Shown here: in pieces, positions 1-12,410 of the stretch
How positions within the stretch are numbered: position 1 is the first letter of the stretch
How the letters are laid out: each line of letters opens with the position of its first letter
Translations under genes and position numbers: made by a program
Assembly (NCBI GenBank): GCA_050084985.1
Contig: JBITNC010000001.1
Location: forward strand, 158,720,001-158,784,000
Direction: 5' to 3'
DNA from: Nageia nagi
Lineage: Eukaryota > Plantae > Pinophyta
Length of the DNA: 64,000 nucleotides
Notes under the pieces: model-generated
The model's input: only the letters and a program-made list of their open reading frames with translations
Databases searched by the model: none
Told to the model about the DNA's origin: nothing

Positions 1-339
1 CCCATTCTAGATTTTAACAAGCAATATTATGATTATTAGAGTATAAAGATGAGAATATTGATAATTAGAAAATATCTTTGAGATGTAATAGATATTGATT
101 ATGATGATCTAGTTGAGTAGAGTACATTACAAGTAGTCTTTATAGGATGATAAATAATATATTTGAGAAGAACTCATTGGACCTATACCATATTCAATCC
201 TCCCTAGATAAAAGTTTATTTCTATGCATTATTTTCGCAACCTCAACCAAGGAGACTATAAATTATTTACAAGAGGTTTACCAAGGTAGTGATTTAATCA
301 AGAGTTGTAAATCCTAAAAATAAAGTTCAACAATCTAAA

Positions 340-720
340 GATGTAAGAGTTTGAAAACATAATTAAATTTTATGTTAGAGTTAAATACATAGTGATTAAA
401 GTAGCCAAACTTGGTAAGAGATTGAATAACAAGATTGTTCTAAATAAGGCACTTGGAAATCTAAAACCCAAGTGGAATTATATATCAATCATCATTGATG
501 AAAGTGAATATTTTTATACACTAGTATTTGATCACCTTATTGGTTCTCTTATGTCATATGAGTAGAGGCTAAATGAAAACTTTGTAGAGAATGATGAAAA
601 ATATTTTGTTTCCAAGATGAGAATTTCTATGAATGAAGGGTTAAGTATGAGTGGTTAAAACATAAGGTTGTAATCAAAATTATACTAAAGGGATAGAATT
701 ATTTTTCCACCAATAGAGGA
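340..720 (+). mobile_element. Ty1/Copia gag (UBN2/Retrotran_gag_2-like) relic
   Basis: The paralog ORF at 40810 reads NEIVVNKELGNLKPKWNYIAIIIYESE..STLVFDHIISSLMSYEE, typical of Copia Gag. This copy is interrupted by stops. Confidence 0.65.
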
Positions 721-999
721 CAAGTAAAGATCAATCAAAGGAGGGTTTCATTCTACAATTAACTTTAGATACGATGCATTGTAAGAGATTCTTGAGGCAA
801 GGCTATAAACGAAGGTAGGAAATCTACCTACTCCTATGTAAATTAAGATACTCAAGAAGATCAAGGTAAATTGGTTAAATTTCATAACATGAGAAATATA
901 ACTAATTAAGAGGGTTTGTATTTCAAATTTAGTTACTCTAATCACATGAATGGAACTAAGAAGTTATTTTACAATATGAATGATTTATGAAGTTATTTT

Positions 1000-3470
1000 G
1001 CCTATGGTATTCCAAGATGCACCACATACGTACTTCTCACACTCCATCTTCAAGTACTTATAAAATAAAAATTTAAAGAGTTAAGATATATAATAAACAT
1101 CACCATAAAAATTAAGAGACACAATTTACCCTAGAGATACCCAATGTGGGAAAAAATATAGCCAAAAATCTCTACTATGTGATGAAGAGGTGAGTACAAT
1201 GGTGGCCTTCCTCCAAAATGCTACTGATAGGAATAATCTCAAGGATTTGAACACTCCAATTTACTTTCCTTATCAATGCTCCTAATAGTCAAGCAACAAG
1301 GTGACAATCTCTCTTACAATAATTCTTATATCACACTTGCATGGAATTTTACAATTTCATATTCTCTTTTTCCCTTTAAGAAATAGGATCTCTCAATATT
1401 CACTAAGAATTGGCTATCTTCCTCTAATGAATTCATTATTATTCTTAGGATATGTGTATGTCCATTCTACAAGTTAGTGGATTCTCTCTACATTCAACTA
1501 TTTATGGAGATATCAACACACTATGGAGTACTACACAAAGTACCCACTCACAAATGCTTCTTCATGGAGTTTTTATAGATGTGAAGTCCAACGTCATGGA
1601 GGCTTGTCAAAATATCTTTCATGCAATATGGTATGGACTATTTTTTTATTTTTTTCTCTCTCTATAAGCTTGATTTTTATTATTTTTATGTTTCTTAAAA
1701 TGGAGAAAATGGTCACAAAAAATATTCATCTCCTACTAATTACTTGTCTTCATCTCTAGTTTCACAATCTTAATTATTTTCCTTTTAGTATTTACTTTGA
1801 TCAACATTTAATTTGAGGAGATTTCTTTTGGATAATAGTAATTATATATAACTATTATCTATATAGTTTTTATGTCTTCCTCAAAATACCTTAAAATAGG
1901 CCCTTAGAAAATGTATGGACAATTACACAGGATTGAATGACATCTACAAGTTCTACAACAAATAACAAATAAAATAACATGTAAATCCTCAATATGAAGG
2001 TAGAATCTAATAACATGTTACCATGTGGAAGTCAAAACCTCAAAATTAAAGTCAAATAAGGCATTGCAAGTGGTCTTTTCTTCCAATAAAGTTGGTAGAC
2101 CACTTCATGACATCATATTTATGCATCTTGGAATGGATTCACATAGCAAGATCTTCAAACTCCTTACACATAGGTCCCCATGTTGATTTTTCCACACTAT
2201 CTCTAGATGGTATCACTATAGGTCATTCCCTTTATGCATGTTTTTCACATCATTATCCATGGGCATCCTTTGACTCCATGTTCGCTAGTAATTGGTAGGC
2301 CTTTTCTAAATAAGTGGATTGTCTCTCTTGGCTATACTGACTTAGCTCTTACATTTCTACATGAATGTTGGCAGGACCATCTATTCAATGCACCTATGAT
2401 TCTCCTATATTAGCTGCTCATGTGGATTCTAGATCTTCTATATATTGTTTTGATATTTTAGAATGTAAATTATTTTTTAAAGTCTTTTGATTTAAATAAA
2501 ATTAAATTTTATTTTAAACCTACATAAAAATCACTTTATACAATTGATTTTGAAACCATCAAAGGTTACAAAAAGCTAGAGGATATCTCTTCAATATGAT
2601 GATATAAAATCAAATCTTTGGTAACTTCCATTTTAAAAAAATAATTCCCATTTTGTATCGCTTGTGCCTTTGTGTAGGATTTTGGGCCTACAAAAGTGTA
2701 AAGATTGAAATGATGAGGAAAACTAAATCCCTAAATCAAATCCAAAATTATACCTCTTCTTGAAATCATTCTTTTTTTCTCATCCTCTTGACTTGTGGCC
2801 TTTCATATTATCTTTGAGTATGTATTTTGATTTTATCTTTGGGTATTCCTATGGGTCTTATATTATCTCACTTAGTATTTTACCTCTTGATTCCCTCTCA
2901 ATAATGCATCTAAATCATCTCATTTTACCACACTCCATGGATGTGATAACAAGATCTCTAATTCCATATTGTAGGCATAATTTTGAATTCCAATTTTCAT
3001 TTCTTATTTTGAAATCGAACAAGCTTTGATATTGATGTGATTCGTAAAGTCTAGTTTTCTATGGCATTCCAAGACTCACTAAATATGGATTCTCATACTT
3101 GACCTAATGGTACTTATAGAATATAAATTTAAAAATTTAAGAGAGATAGTAAATAGCATCACAAAAATTACAAGATAACAATTTACCCTTGATAAACTCA
3201 ATGTGGATAAAACTCTAGCCAAAAATCTCTATCATATGATGAAGAGGTGAGTACAATGCTAACCTTCCTCCAAAATTCTCTACAAAATGCCAATAATAGG
3301 AACAAACACAAGGCCTCCAATAGTCCATACTTTTCTTCTCAATGCTGTCACCAATCAAGCAACACACTCACAATCTCTCTTATAATAAATCTCATGTCAC
3401 ACTTACATGGAATTTTACAATTTCTTATTCTCTCATTAGCATAGCATAATTCTCTATTTTCCTCTAAAAA
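1000..3470 (-). mobile_element. Degraded, internally deleted Copia-like LTR element
   Basis: Direct repeats at ~1000-1380 and ~3040-3470 share CAATTTACCCT..AATGTGG..AAAA..TAGCCAAAAATCTCTA. A degenerate reverse-strand PBS (GCTTTGATATTG vs GCTCTGATACCA) is at ~3023-3034. Minus-strand GAG-pre-integrase-like GLPTLLEEKTTC lies near 2060-2150. Paralog at ~41390-43890. Confidence 0.55.
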
Positions 3471-3610
3471 ATGGCCTCTCTCAATTCTATTTTATTTTAT
3501 CAATGATTTTCCTTTCCATCCTTTGTTAAAGTCATTCCTTGAACCACCACTTCTAATCACACACTCATTATGTTCTTTGTAGTTGTTTATACTTTACCAC
3601 TCTACCAATA

Positions 3611-5107
3611 TGTAATGTTCCTATTTTTTAGGTGTTTTCCCCATTTCACCTTTAATAAATGGGAACATTAATTTAGAAGTGTTTTAGGCTATTTTTGTAT
3701 AATTCAACCAAAAAATGTAAATTTCACTTAGAGACTTAATAAATCTCTAATTACGGAATAAATGGCCCTTTTATTTATTTATTTAGTTGTTTGCCAAAAT
3801 GCAAATAAATGTTGTATTTGTGATACCAAGGCAATTATAATTGTAAATGCAATATTAGTCTCATTAAACAAGGTATTGAATATTTTAGTCTAGATGATTA
3901 TAGTATTGGCATTGAATGTATCTCTAGTAATTAGTGCTCCCCTCTTTGAGGTAGAGAATCCTCCTAGTTGATTGCATTGACTACAAGGTAATTTGGAGCT
4001 CCAAGGGTGGACCTAACACTTTGAACTAGGTGTTGGTAATATTGAGGCAAGTATATGAACCTAAAGCATTGATGTTGGGCATGGAGCATCCCAAAACCCC
4101 ACTTTGGCCTTCCTAGGCACATGGATTGATGGTATTTATCATGATGTTCTCCATTATCACATCCTCTTAGATGTTGGATTTCTTGGTCCTTGTAGATGAT
4201 GTCACTTATCTCAAACCTCCTATCTTGGATGTTGCATACATGAGCACACAGATCATATCTCTCCACCATTGAATCATATTAATGTAAGATTAGAAGATGA
4301 TCACCTTAACCTATAAAAAGAGAACTCATAATAATTATGAGATATGTTGAATTTAATTATAAACCCTTTATTTTGGATTGAGTGGAGACTCTATCTTAGC
4401 CACTTTTGGGGAAACCTGTATTTGAGTTATTAAGTTGAGAGGAGGCTACCTTCAAACTTACTCTAGCCATCTTGAGAGGAACATTGTTGGTTCCATCAGA
4501 GTTGCTGTAGAGGAGACTTTGTATTTCCTAATTGTTTCTGGGATTGGTGAGGCCCTAGAGCCATCCAAAATAACCCTATAGGAGATAGTATTGGTATAAA
4601 CTTTGTAGGTTGAAAAAAATATTTTAATTACACTTTATCATTGCTTATAAATACAATTACTTTCTAATGTCAAAATATTGCTATTTCTCTATGCTCTAAC
4701 GTTGGATTTGGAAGCATTATTTCATTATTGAATTGATATTTATCCTTCCTGGTTGCAACATTGATTTTAGAGTATTATTTTCATTATTCAATTATTATTT
4801 TAGCTCTCCAACTAGGATGTTAGGTTTGAGGAGCATTTTTGCATTGTTAAAGTATCATTTTACCTCCTTCTTAAGTTTTTGGAATACTAGATACATTTGC
4901 TTGCATATATTTTGTAATTGCTCATCATATTTGGACATTAGAGTTTGAAGGTATTTTTTGCAAGTTTCGTTCATATCTTTCATTCCTAGCAAGTTGTTGG
5001 ATATTTGGTGCATGTTTGAGCTTGTTTTGGACAATTTGAAAACCAAATTCCAAACATCCCTCTCTTAGGGTAAATTTGAGTAGTGAACCTAGAAATGACT
5101 CATCTTA
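3611..5107 (+). repeat. 5' LTR of the Gypsy element
   Basis: Begins TGTAATG, aligns with 8803-10282, 44021-45534 and 47184-48686, and is followed by a PBS. Confidence 0.9.
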
Positions 5108-5108
5108 G

Positions 5109-5120
5109 TGGTATCAGAGG
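5109..5120 (+). other. Primer-binding site (tRNA-iMet type)
   Basis: TGGTATCAGAGG lies 1 nt after the LTR end. The paralog has TGGTATTAGAGCC at 45536. Confidence 0.85.
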
Positions 5121-5629
5121 TTTAACTTTACCATCCTATTGGGAATTAAGGGCATCATTTACAGAGGGTTTTTATTTGAAGCTAGAGAAAGATTAAAGAT
5201 TGGGATACCCACATCACAGTGTCACACATGGGAGAATTGTTGAAGTAAAGTTGGAGATCTTTCCCTTATTATTGGGTAAGAGTTGAGGAGTTGCTACTTA
5301 AGGAGATTGTTGGAGGAGTTATAGAATACTCATTATGATATTCTACTAGATCATAATACTATTTATATAAAGTTTTTGTTGTCTTACTAAAGAGTGGAGT
5401 TTACCTAGCATCACAATGATCATTTTGAAGGAGTTTCAAAGGAAATTGGAGCCCCACCTCATCCTTCTAGTAAGTCATTGGGAATTTCTTGGTCCTAACT
5501 TCAAATTCTAAATGTTTGAGGAGGTACAGTCAACTTGAAAAGGTATATTTTTGATAAATTTTTCACTTTTTATTTAAATTTGAAGTTCATTCTTGATTTA
5601 CTTTTGATTTTGAGGGAGGAATAACAATT

Positions 5630-6545
5630 CTTTGGAGAGTTTGAGCCCATATGGGGCTAGATGTTGGAGTTATAGGAGCTATTTTGTAGCTCTTTCAATA
5701 TTTTGAGGGTATTTTAAGAAGAATGTTGATATTTTGAGTGCATTTTAGTGCCTATAGCTGCATTTTGGGACCACCAAAAGTTAAATATTGGTATTTTGAA
5801 AGGGTTTTTATGCTTGAAGCTACATTTTAGGATCATTTGAGGCTAGATGTTAAACTTCTAGTCACTAAAGGTTGGACATTGCACCATTGAGGGTATTTTT
5901 GAGATTAGTTCTTCATTTTGGGCTCTCTAGGAGGCAGAAATTGGTGATTTGAGTGCTCTTTGGAGATTGGTTCTACATTTTAAGGCCACCTAAAGGAGGA
6001 TGTTGACCAATCGAGCAAATTTTGAGACTTTTATTAAGTTTCAAGGTAATTTTTGGGTGGATGTTGGAACATTAGAGAAGTTTTAAGGTCTATCTTGCAT
6101 TTTGAGACCACTTGAGGCCAAATGTATGTATATTGAAGCTATTTTGAAAGATATTTCTACATTTTTAGGGTATCTTAAGCTAAATGTTATAAGTTAGAGG
6201 GAGTTCTAAAAGATTAATTTGTATTTTAGGGCTATCCTAAAGTGGACATTGATATACTGAGGAGGATTCTTAAGCTTGAGCTACATTTCAAGACCATTTT
6301 GAGGTAAGCATGGCAAACTAAGACCTATTTTGGAGATAATTTGGCTTTTTGAGGGTATTAAGGGTCAAACATAGGTATTCTAGAAGAGTTTTTAAAGTCT
6401 TTGCTACATTTTAGAGTCACTAGAGGCTAGATGTTGAGTTACTGGGAAGTTTTTTAAAACCTTTATTGCATTTTAGAGCCACCTAAAGTGGTATGTTCAC
6501 TTCCTAAAGCCAATTGGGTGTTTGAGATACATCATGAGTGTCATT
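5630..6545 (+). repeat. Degenerate ~62-bp tandem array in the Gypsy 5' internal region
   Basis: T(A/G)CATTT-like anchors at 5759, 5821, 5974, 6096, 6158, 6220, 6282, 6405, 6467 and 6528. Confidence 0.75.
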
Positions 6546-7449
6546 ACTTATAAGTATCAACTCATTTTCATTATGGAAGAGAAACATTTTCAATTTGAAG
6601 CTACAAGTCACTAGAAGGAGATCGTTGAAAAATAAGGGAGTCAATTTGTTAATATTGATTAAATTCCATGGTGGTATCTACACCATGGAATCCTAAGAAG
6701 GATACATTAGAATTATATTTTTGCTATGATCATAATTTGAGGTTGAAAGTGAGATGTTGGGAGTTTAGGAAGCTCTATCTGTTATGAACTTGTAAAACAT
6801 CATCCTTTGAGGTATCTTGGCCAAATTTTAAAATTTGGAATTAACTTTGCATCATTTAAATTGTGTGTGTGTACATTGAGATTCAAGAAGACACATCCAA
6901 ATTTAGAGTTTGTTCTTTGATCCTATAACCCATAGGTTCAAAATTTCCTGATCTCATTCCATCATGGTAGGACCAATTCTAGGTTTGAGTAATTTTAGTA
7001 TTTTCAAATTTTATTATTTTTGAATAGGAGAAATAAGTAGAAAAGATAAAAATATTTTATTTTGAATAATAAGGTAAGTTTAATCTCTTCCACATTATTT
7101 TATGTACTAGGAAAATACATCAAGTTTTAGGCTAAGTATTTACAGTTTGTGCCCCCAAAGATCTACAAGTAATATCAATACAGGAATAAAAGATAGAATT
7201 TTAGAATGGATGAATAGAAGTTAGATGCTTTAATCACTATTTTAACTTATATTATGACATATATTGAGGCATAAAACCAAGGTACCCCTATTAATAATTA
7301 AGCATTATCAAGATATACTCCATCCCCTCAAATCATGGAGCCACTTTTTACCTGCAAGACAATTTAGGGGAATGAGCAAGAAGAATCAAGCATGGATGAG
7401 GTGCTTCAAGAGTATATGGATAAGATAAAAATATTTAGAACTATTATAC

Positions 7450-8650
7450 CTTTCCACACATACTGAGAGACCCAAAGATGGAAAATTGGAGTGATAAAAT
7501 TTTAGCAAGGGCTTGGTTGTAAAAATTACAAACTTACTTCTCTCTCCATCCCATGAGTGAAGAAGAGGGAATGAAAAAAAAACCATGTATTTATATGGAA
7601 TAGATTATGAATGGTGGCACAATGGTGTTACTACACTTGGACATGGGAAGGTCAAAATATTCAAAGACTTCAGCCAAATGGTACATGATAGGTTTGAACA
7701 TAAGCATATAGAGGAGTACATTATGAAGTTGGCAATGTTGTATTAACACACAACTTCTATGGATGTATACATTGATAAATTTCAAAGGATTGCATTATCC
7801 ATCCTTTATATGGAAGATGGAAGGCTAGCATATCTCTTCATGGATGGGTTACAAGAATCAATTAGATCATGAGTAAAATATATGGAACCATCCACTTTAT
7901 TCATGCCCATCTATAAGGCTAAGTTATTGAAAGTATTTAGTTACCCAAAGGAATTTTTTACTAAGAATCCTACAATAGGACTACAAGAAACATGTGTAAA
8001 CAAGGAATCAACAAGAAGCATACCTTTATTTCCTATTCAAATACCAGCAAATGGATTAGATTATGCTACCTAAGATGCATGAAGGAGGCAAAGGATTTGC
8101 TTTACTTATCAGAATCCCTAGGAGAGAGGACATAGGTGTAATGAAAAGTATCAACACATGTACTTGGAGGTATGTGAAGTAGAAGAAGAATTGAATGAAG
8201 AAATGATCACCTACCAAAATTAAGTGGGAGTTAAAGACATTGGAAGGACATTAGCCACACTAAAGGGACCTTTATAATTTGTAACCATCAAGGTAGAAGG
8301 ATTTGTGGATAATAGCAAAGTTATGGTACTCTTGATGAAGGATCCACTCATACTTTCATAGATGAAGAATTCCTAAAAAATAAGGGATTCAAAATAAAAT
8401 AATTCTTTAGATTTGATGTACCAATTGGAAATGATAGCACATCTACTAGCACTAGCTAGTGGAAAATGTTAGAGTTAAGCTAGGAGATTATGCAATCACT
8501 AGTGACTTCTACATTCTTCCCCTTGGAGGATTACCACAAATAGTTCTTGGGCTACAATGGTTGTATACACTTGGAGAAGTAGTTTCCAACTAAAAAATGT
8601 TGGATATGAAGTTTAAAATAGATTGAAAAGAGGTATTACTTCATGAAGGA
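7450..8650 (+). pseudogene. Gypsy gag, zinc knuckle and aspartic protease relic
   Basis: Frame-broken peptides KLQTYFSLHPMSEEE, YEWWHNGVTTLGH, LFMDGLQE, ICFTYQNP*ERGHRC, KVMVLLDEGSTHTFID and LGLQWLYTLG. ORF 45893-46111 is the paralog. Confidence 0.88.
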
Positions 8651-8802
8651 TATAGGAGAAATAAGTACCAAGTTCCATAAGATAGAAGTTGTTAAAATGA
8701 AGAAGGCACTATTTGAAGATTCTTGGATCAACCAAGAATATGTTATTACAATAGTGCATCTTCCAAATTGCTTAAGGGAAAGTAATTTGGGGAGGGTGAA
8801 CT

Positions 8803-10282
8803 CGTAATGTCCTCATTTTTAGGTGTTTTTTCCATTTCACCTTTGATAAAGGGAAACATTAATTTAGTAGTGTTTTAGGTTATTTTTCTATGATTTAGCC
8901 CAAATGATGTAAATTCCACTTAGATACTTAATAAATCTCTAATTATGGAATAAAATGCCATTTTATTTCTTTATTTACCAAAATAGCAATAAAAATTATA
9001 TTTTTGATATCAAGGAAATTATAATTATAAATGCAAAATTAGTCTCTTTTAATGAGGCATTTCATAATTTAGCCTCAATGATTGTAATATTGAAATTAAA
9101 TGTATGTCTAGTAATTAGTGCTCCCCTCTTCAAGTTAGAGCATCCCCTATGTGATTGCATCAACTACGAGGTCATTTGGAGATCCAAGGATGGACCTAAC
9201 ACCTCAAACTAGGCATTGGTAATCTTGAGGTAAGTAGACAGCCCTAGAGCATGGACATTGGGTATGGGAGCATCCCAAGATCCCACTTTGGCCTTATTAG
9301 GTACATGGACCAATGGTATTGATAATAAGGCACTTCATTATCATCCCCTATTGGAAATTAGGTTTCCTATCCCTTAGATGTGATTTCACTTATCCCAAGG
9401 CTCCTCATCTTAGATGTTACAAACATGAGCATATAGATCATATTTTATCCACCATTGGATAATTTCAATGCAAGATTAGAGGATGATCACACTCACCTAT
9501 AAAAGGATAACTCATAACCATTTTTAGATATGTTGAATTTTATTATAAACCCTTTATTTTGGATTGAGTGGATACTCTATCTTCGCCACTTATAGTGCAA
9601 CCTGCATTTGAGTAATCAAGGGGAGAGGAGGTAACCTTTGAACTTACTCTAGCCATACTGAGAGGAACATTATTAGTTCCATCACAACTATTGTAGAGGG
9701 TACCTAGTATTGCCTCACTACTTTTGGGATTGGTAAGGCCTTAGAGCCATCCAAAATAACCCTATAGGAGATAATCTTGGTACAAACTCCATAGGTTGAA
9801 AAACTATTGTAATTACATTTTATCATTTCTTATCAATACAAATACTTCCTAATATGGAAATATTGCTATTTTTCTTTGTGTGCTTGGATGTTGGATTTGT
9901 AAACATTATTTCATTATCAAATTGCTATTTATCCTTCCTAGTTGGATAAATAGTTTTGGAGTGCTATTCATTTTTCAACTCTCCAACTAGGACATTGGGT
10001 TTGAGGAGCATTTTTGCATTGCTAAAGTATCATTTTACCTCTTATTCAAGTAGTTGGCATACTAGAGATATTTTCTTGCATATATTTTGTAATTACTCAT
10101 CATAGCTAGATGTTGGGGTTTGAATGTAGTTTCTATAAGTTTAACTCATATCTTTCATTCCTAGCAAGTTGTTAGATATTTGGTGCATGTTTGAGCTTAT
10201 TTTGGTTAGTTTAAAATCCAAAATCCAAACATCCCTCTCCTAGGGCACGTTTGAGGAGTGAGTCCAAAAATGGCTCATCACA
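8803..10282 (+). repeat. 3' LTR of the Gypsy element
   Basis: Preceded by the PPT, ends CATCACA, and is followed by TSD CAATA. Confidence 0.9.
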
Positions 10283-10289
10283 CAATATA

Positions 10290-11230
10290 AAATCTAATTT
10301 TATCTTAACAAATCCTTTTTAGGGCATCCAATAATGGCTTCTCATATTCATCAAGTTTGTAATTTATTCATAAGACCTTTGGTATTAAGGGTACAATATA
10401 ATAGTAGGATGATGCTATTATTTGTACTAACATTTTGTTACATGATTGATTTAAATAAATTATAAATTTTACAAATATAATCTATAATGAAGCAATTCAT
10501 GATGAGTTGGCCAAATCTTCAATGAGACTCCAATTATATCCTCTCAATTCCACATTTCAAGCTCATGTTATCTTTACCTTGAATTAAAAATTGTTAATCA
10601 TTATAAAGCCATGGGAGCTCAAATTTAATCTTGTTTGCAATAGCTTAAAGTTGGTTATAGTGTCTCCAATGAATTATTTCAATGACTTTATCTACCCTAT
10701 TAAACTTAAAATTTTCCATGGAGGGGTCAAGCTTATGTATATGCTTGATATAGAAAATGCTTTTGTATGGCACTACACAAAGACGTTTATTGTATAAGTT
10801 ATCACATGTGAGAGAGAGGAATATTTAGCCACTTGTATTATTGTTTTCCTTGATGGGATTTTAATTATTCAAGGAGAGGTGTGTGATAAGCCTCTTTCCT
10901 TGGGTGACCTTGCAAATGATCTTTCTCATATGGAAAATGATATTAAAGCCCTTGGATTGGAAAGATTACCCTATAAATTCTATAAAGAATTTATAGGATA
11001 TGGTTGAACTCATTTTGTACAAATTTTATTCAAAATAACTTATCATAGAATCTTTGGACCCTATTATTAATAAAGGTAATATCAAGTTCATTATAAACCA
11101 AGAGGATCTCAAATTGATTAATAATTGGAGGTCCATTCCTCTATTGTATATGAGCTATAAAATTATCATAAAAATGTCCTTTTAAATTTTATATCCCTTA
11201 TAAATTTGATTATTCATCCAAACTAAATAG
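10290..11230 (+). mobile_element. L1-type LINE ORF2 (start of RT) fragment
   Basis: KALGLERLPYKFYKEF resembles KSPGPDG..EFYK.F, and NNWRSIPLLYMSYKIIIK resembles NWRPISLLN..YKI..K. Paralog at ~48690-49640. Confidence 0.8.
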
Positions 11231-11759
11231 TTTTGAGAGGGAATGGAATGGGCTAAATCTTCTCAACATGGGTAAGTGCAAGAAGTTAAATCCCACTTTG
11301 GAGGAAGTCTTAGGAACCACTAGGTTTTTCTATTTGTTTAATAATTTTTTTTTCTAACTATGAAAACAATATATGTGCATAATCTCCATACAATTCTTCA
11401 CAAGTTAAAGTTAAAAATAAAACTGATAAGTTTAGGTCAAATTATGCTTGCTAAACATGGGCATTTTTCAAAATGATAATCAAGACTGGTAAAAAATTAA
11501 TAATAATAATAATATTAATGAAAAAATTACAAAAATTATCTTCCATAATCTTTGGTATCTTAGATATATTTACATAAAAGGATTTTAAAAAATATTTTAA
11601 TTTAGGTTCAATTATGCTTTCCAAACATGATGGAGTATGGTTTTGAAATCGTATTTTTTAAATAGTGGAATTTGTATTTGTTTAATAACCTTTTATTTTT
11701 TTAGAACTACAAAAAAAGTACATGTGCACAATTTACATAGAATTATTCACAATTTCACA

Positions 11760-12410
11760 TAATACAATGATTGTAGAATATGCAAAAAATGGGTTTTCTA
11801 AAAGAGGCCCTAAGATAAGTATGCAAAATATGAAAGAATACACAAGGGCTAAGAAGTTTTTGAAAAGATGCATAATGCAAATATAGTTTCATCAAATGCA
11901 ATTATAATAGGATATATAAAAAATAAGTTTTCTAAAAAAGGCCCTAAGAAAGACATGCAAAATGCAAAGCAATACACAAGGTCTATGAGTTATTTAATAA
12001 GATGCATGATGCAAACAACATTTCATGTACTATAATGATTGCAAGATATGCAAAAAATGGGTTTTTTGAAAAAAGCCCTAATATAAGTATGCAAAATGTG
12101 GAAGAATACATAAGGATTGAGAATTGTTTGACAATATTCATAATGCAAACATAGTTTTATGGAGTATAATGATTTCAAGATATGTAAAAAATGGATTTTG
12201 TAGAAAAAGTCTCTAATACATGTATGAAAAATATGGAAGAATATACAAGTTCTAGGAATTATTTGATAAGATGCATTATGTAAATAGAATTTTATGGTCT
12301 ATAATGATGCAAACATAGTTTCATGGTTTTATAAAAAATACCATAAAGACTATTATTTGATATCCAATTATCACGTGTTAGGCCCTAATAGATATGGATT
12401 TTGCAAAATG
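11760..12410 (+). repeat. Tandem ~134-bp repeats derived from a PLS-class PPR gene
   Basis: Units anchored at 11820, 11954, 12088 and 12223 translate as degenerate YAKCGRIHK..ELFDKMH.AN.VS....I..YAKNGF.EKAL. Confidence 0.85.

Larger units (their letters stand above)
3611..10282 (+). mobile_element. Ty3/Gypsy (chromovirus-like) non-autonomous LTR retrotransposon with gag and protease only
   Basis: 5' LTR 3611-5107 (TGTAATG...), PBS TGGTATCAGAG at 5109, PPT GGGGAGGGTGAA at ~8789-8800, 3' LTR 8803-10282 (...CATCACA). 5-bp TSD CAATA at 3606-3610 and 10283-10287. Gag, zinc knuckle and protease relics at ~7450-8650. Confidence 0.93.

Noticed and set aside
3964-5046. ORFs of 60-100 aa inside the Gypsy LTRs (also 8955, 44451, 45062, 47645, 48187)
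   Set aside because: Frames are not conserved among the four LTR copies and show no recognisable domain, so they are chance ORFs.
11760-12410. Regularly spaced repeats as a CRISPR array
   Set aside because: Whole units are homologous with no unique spacers, they translate as PPR, and the context is eukaryotic.
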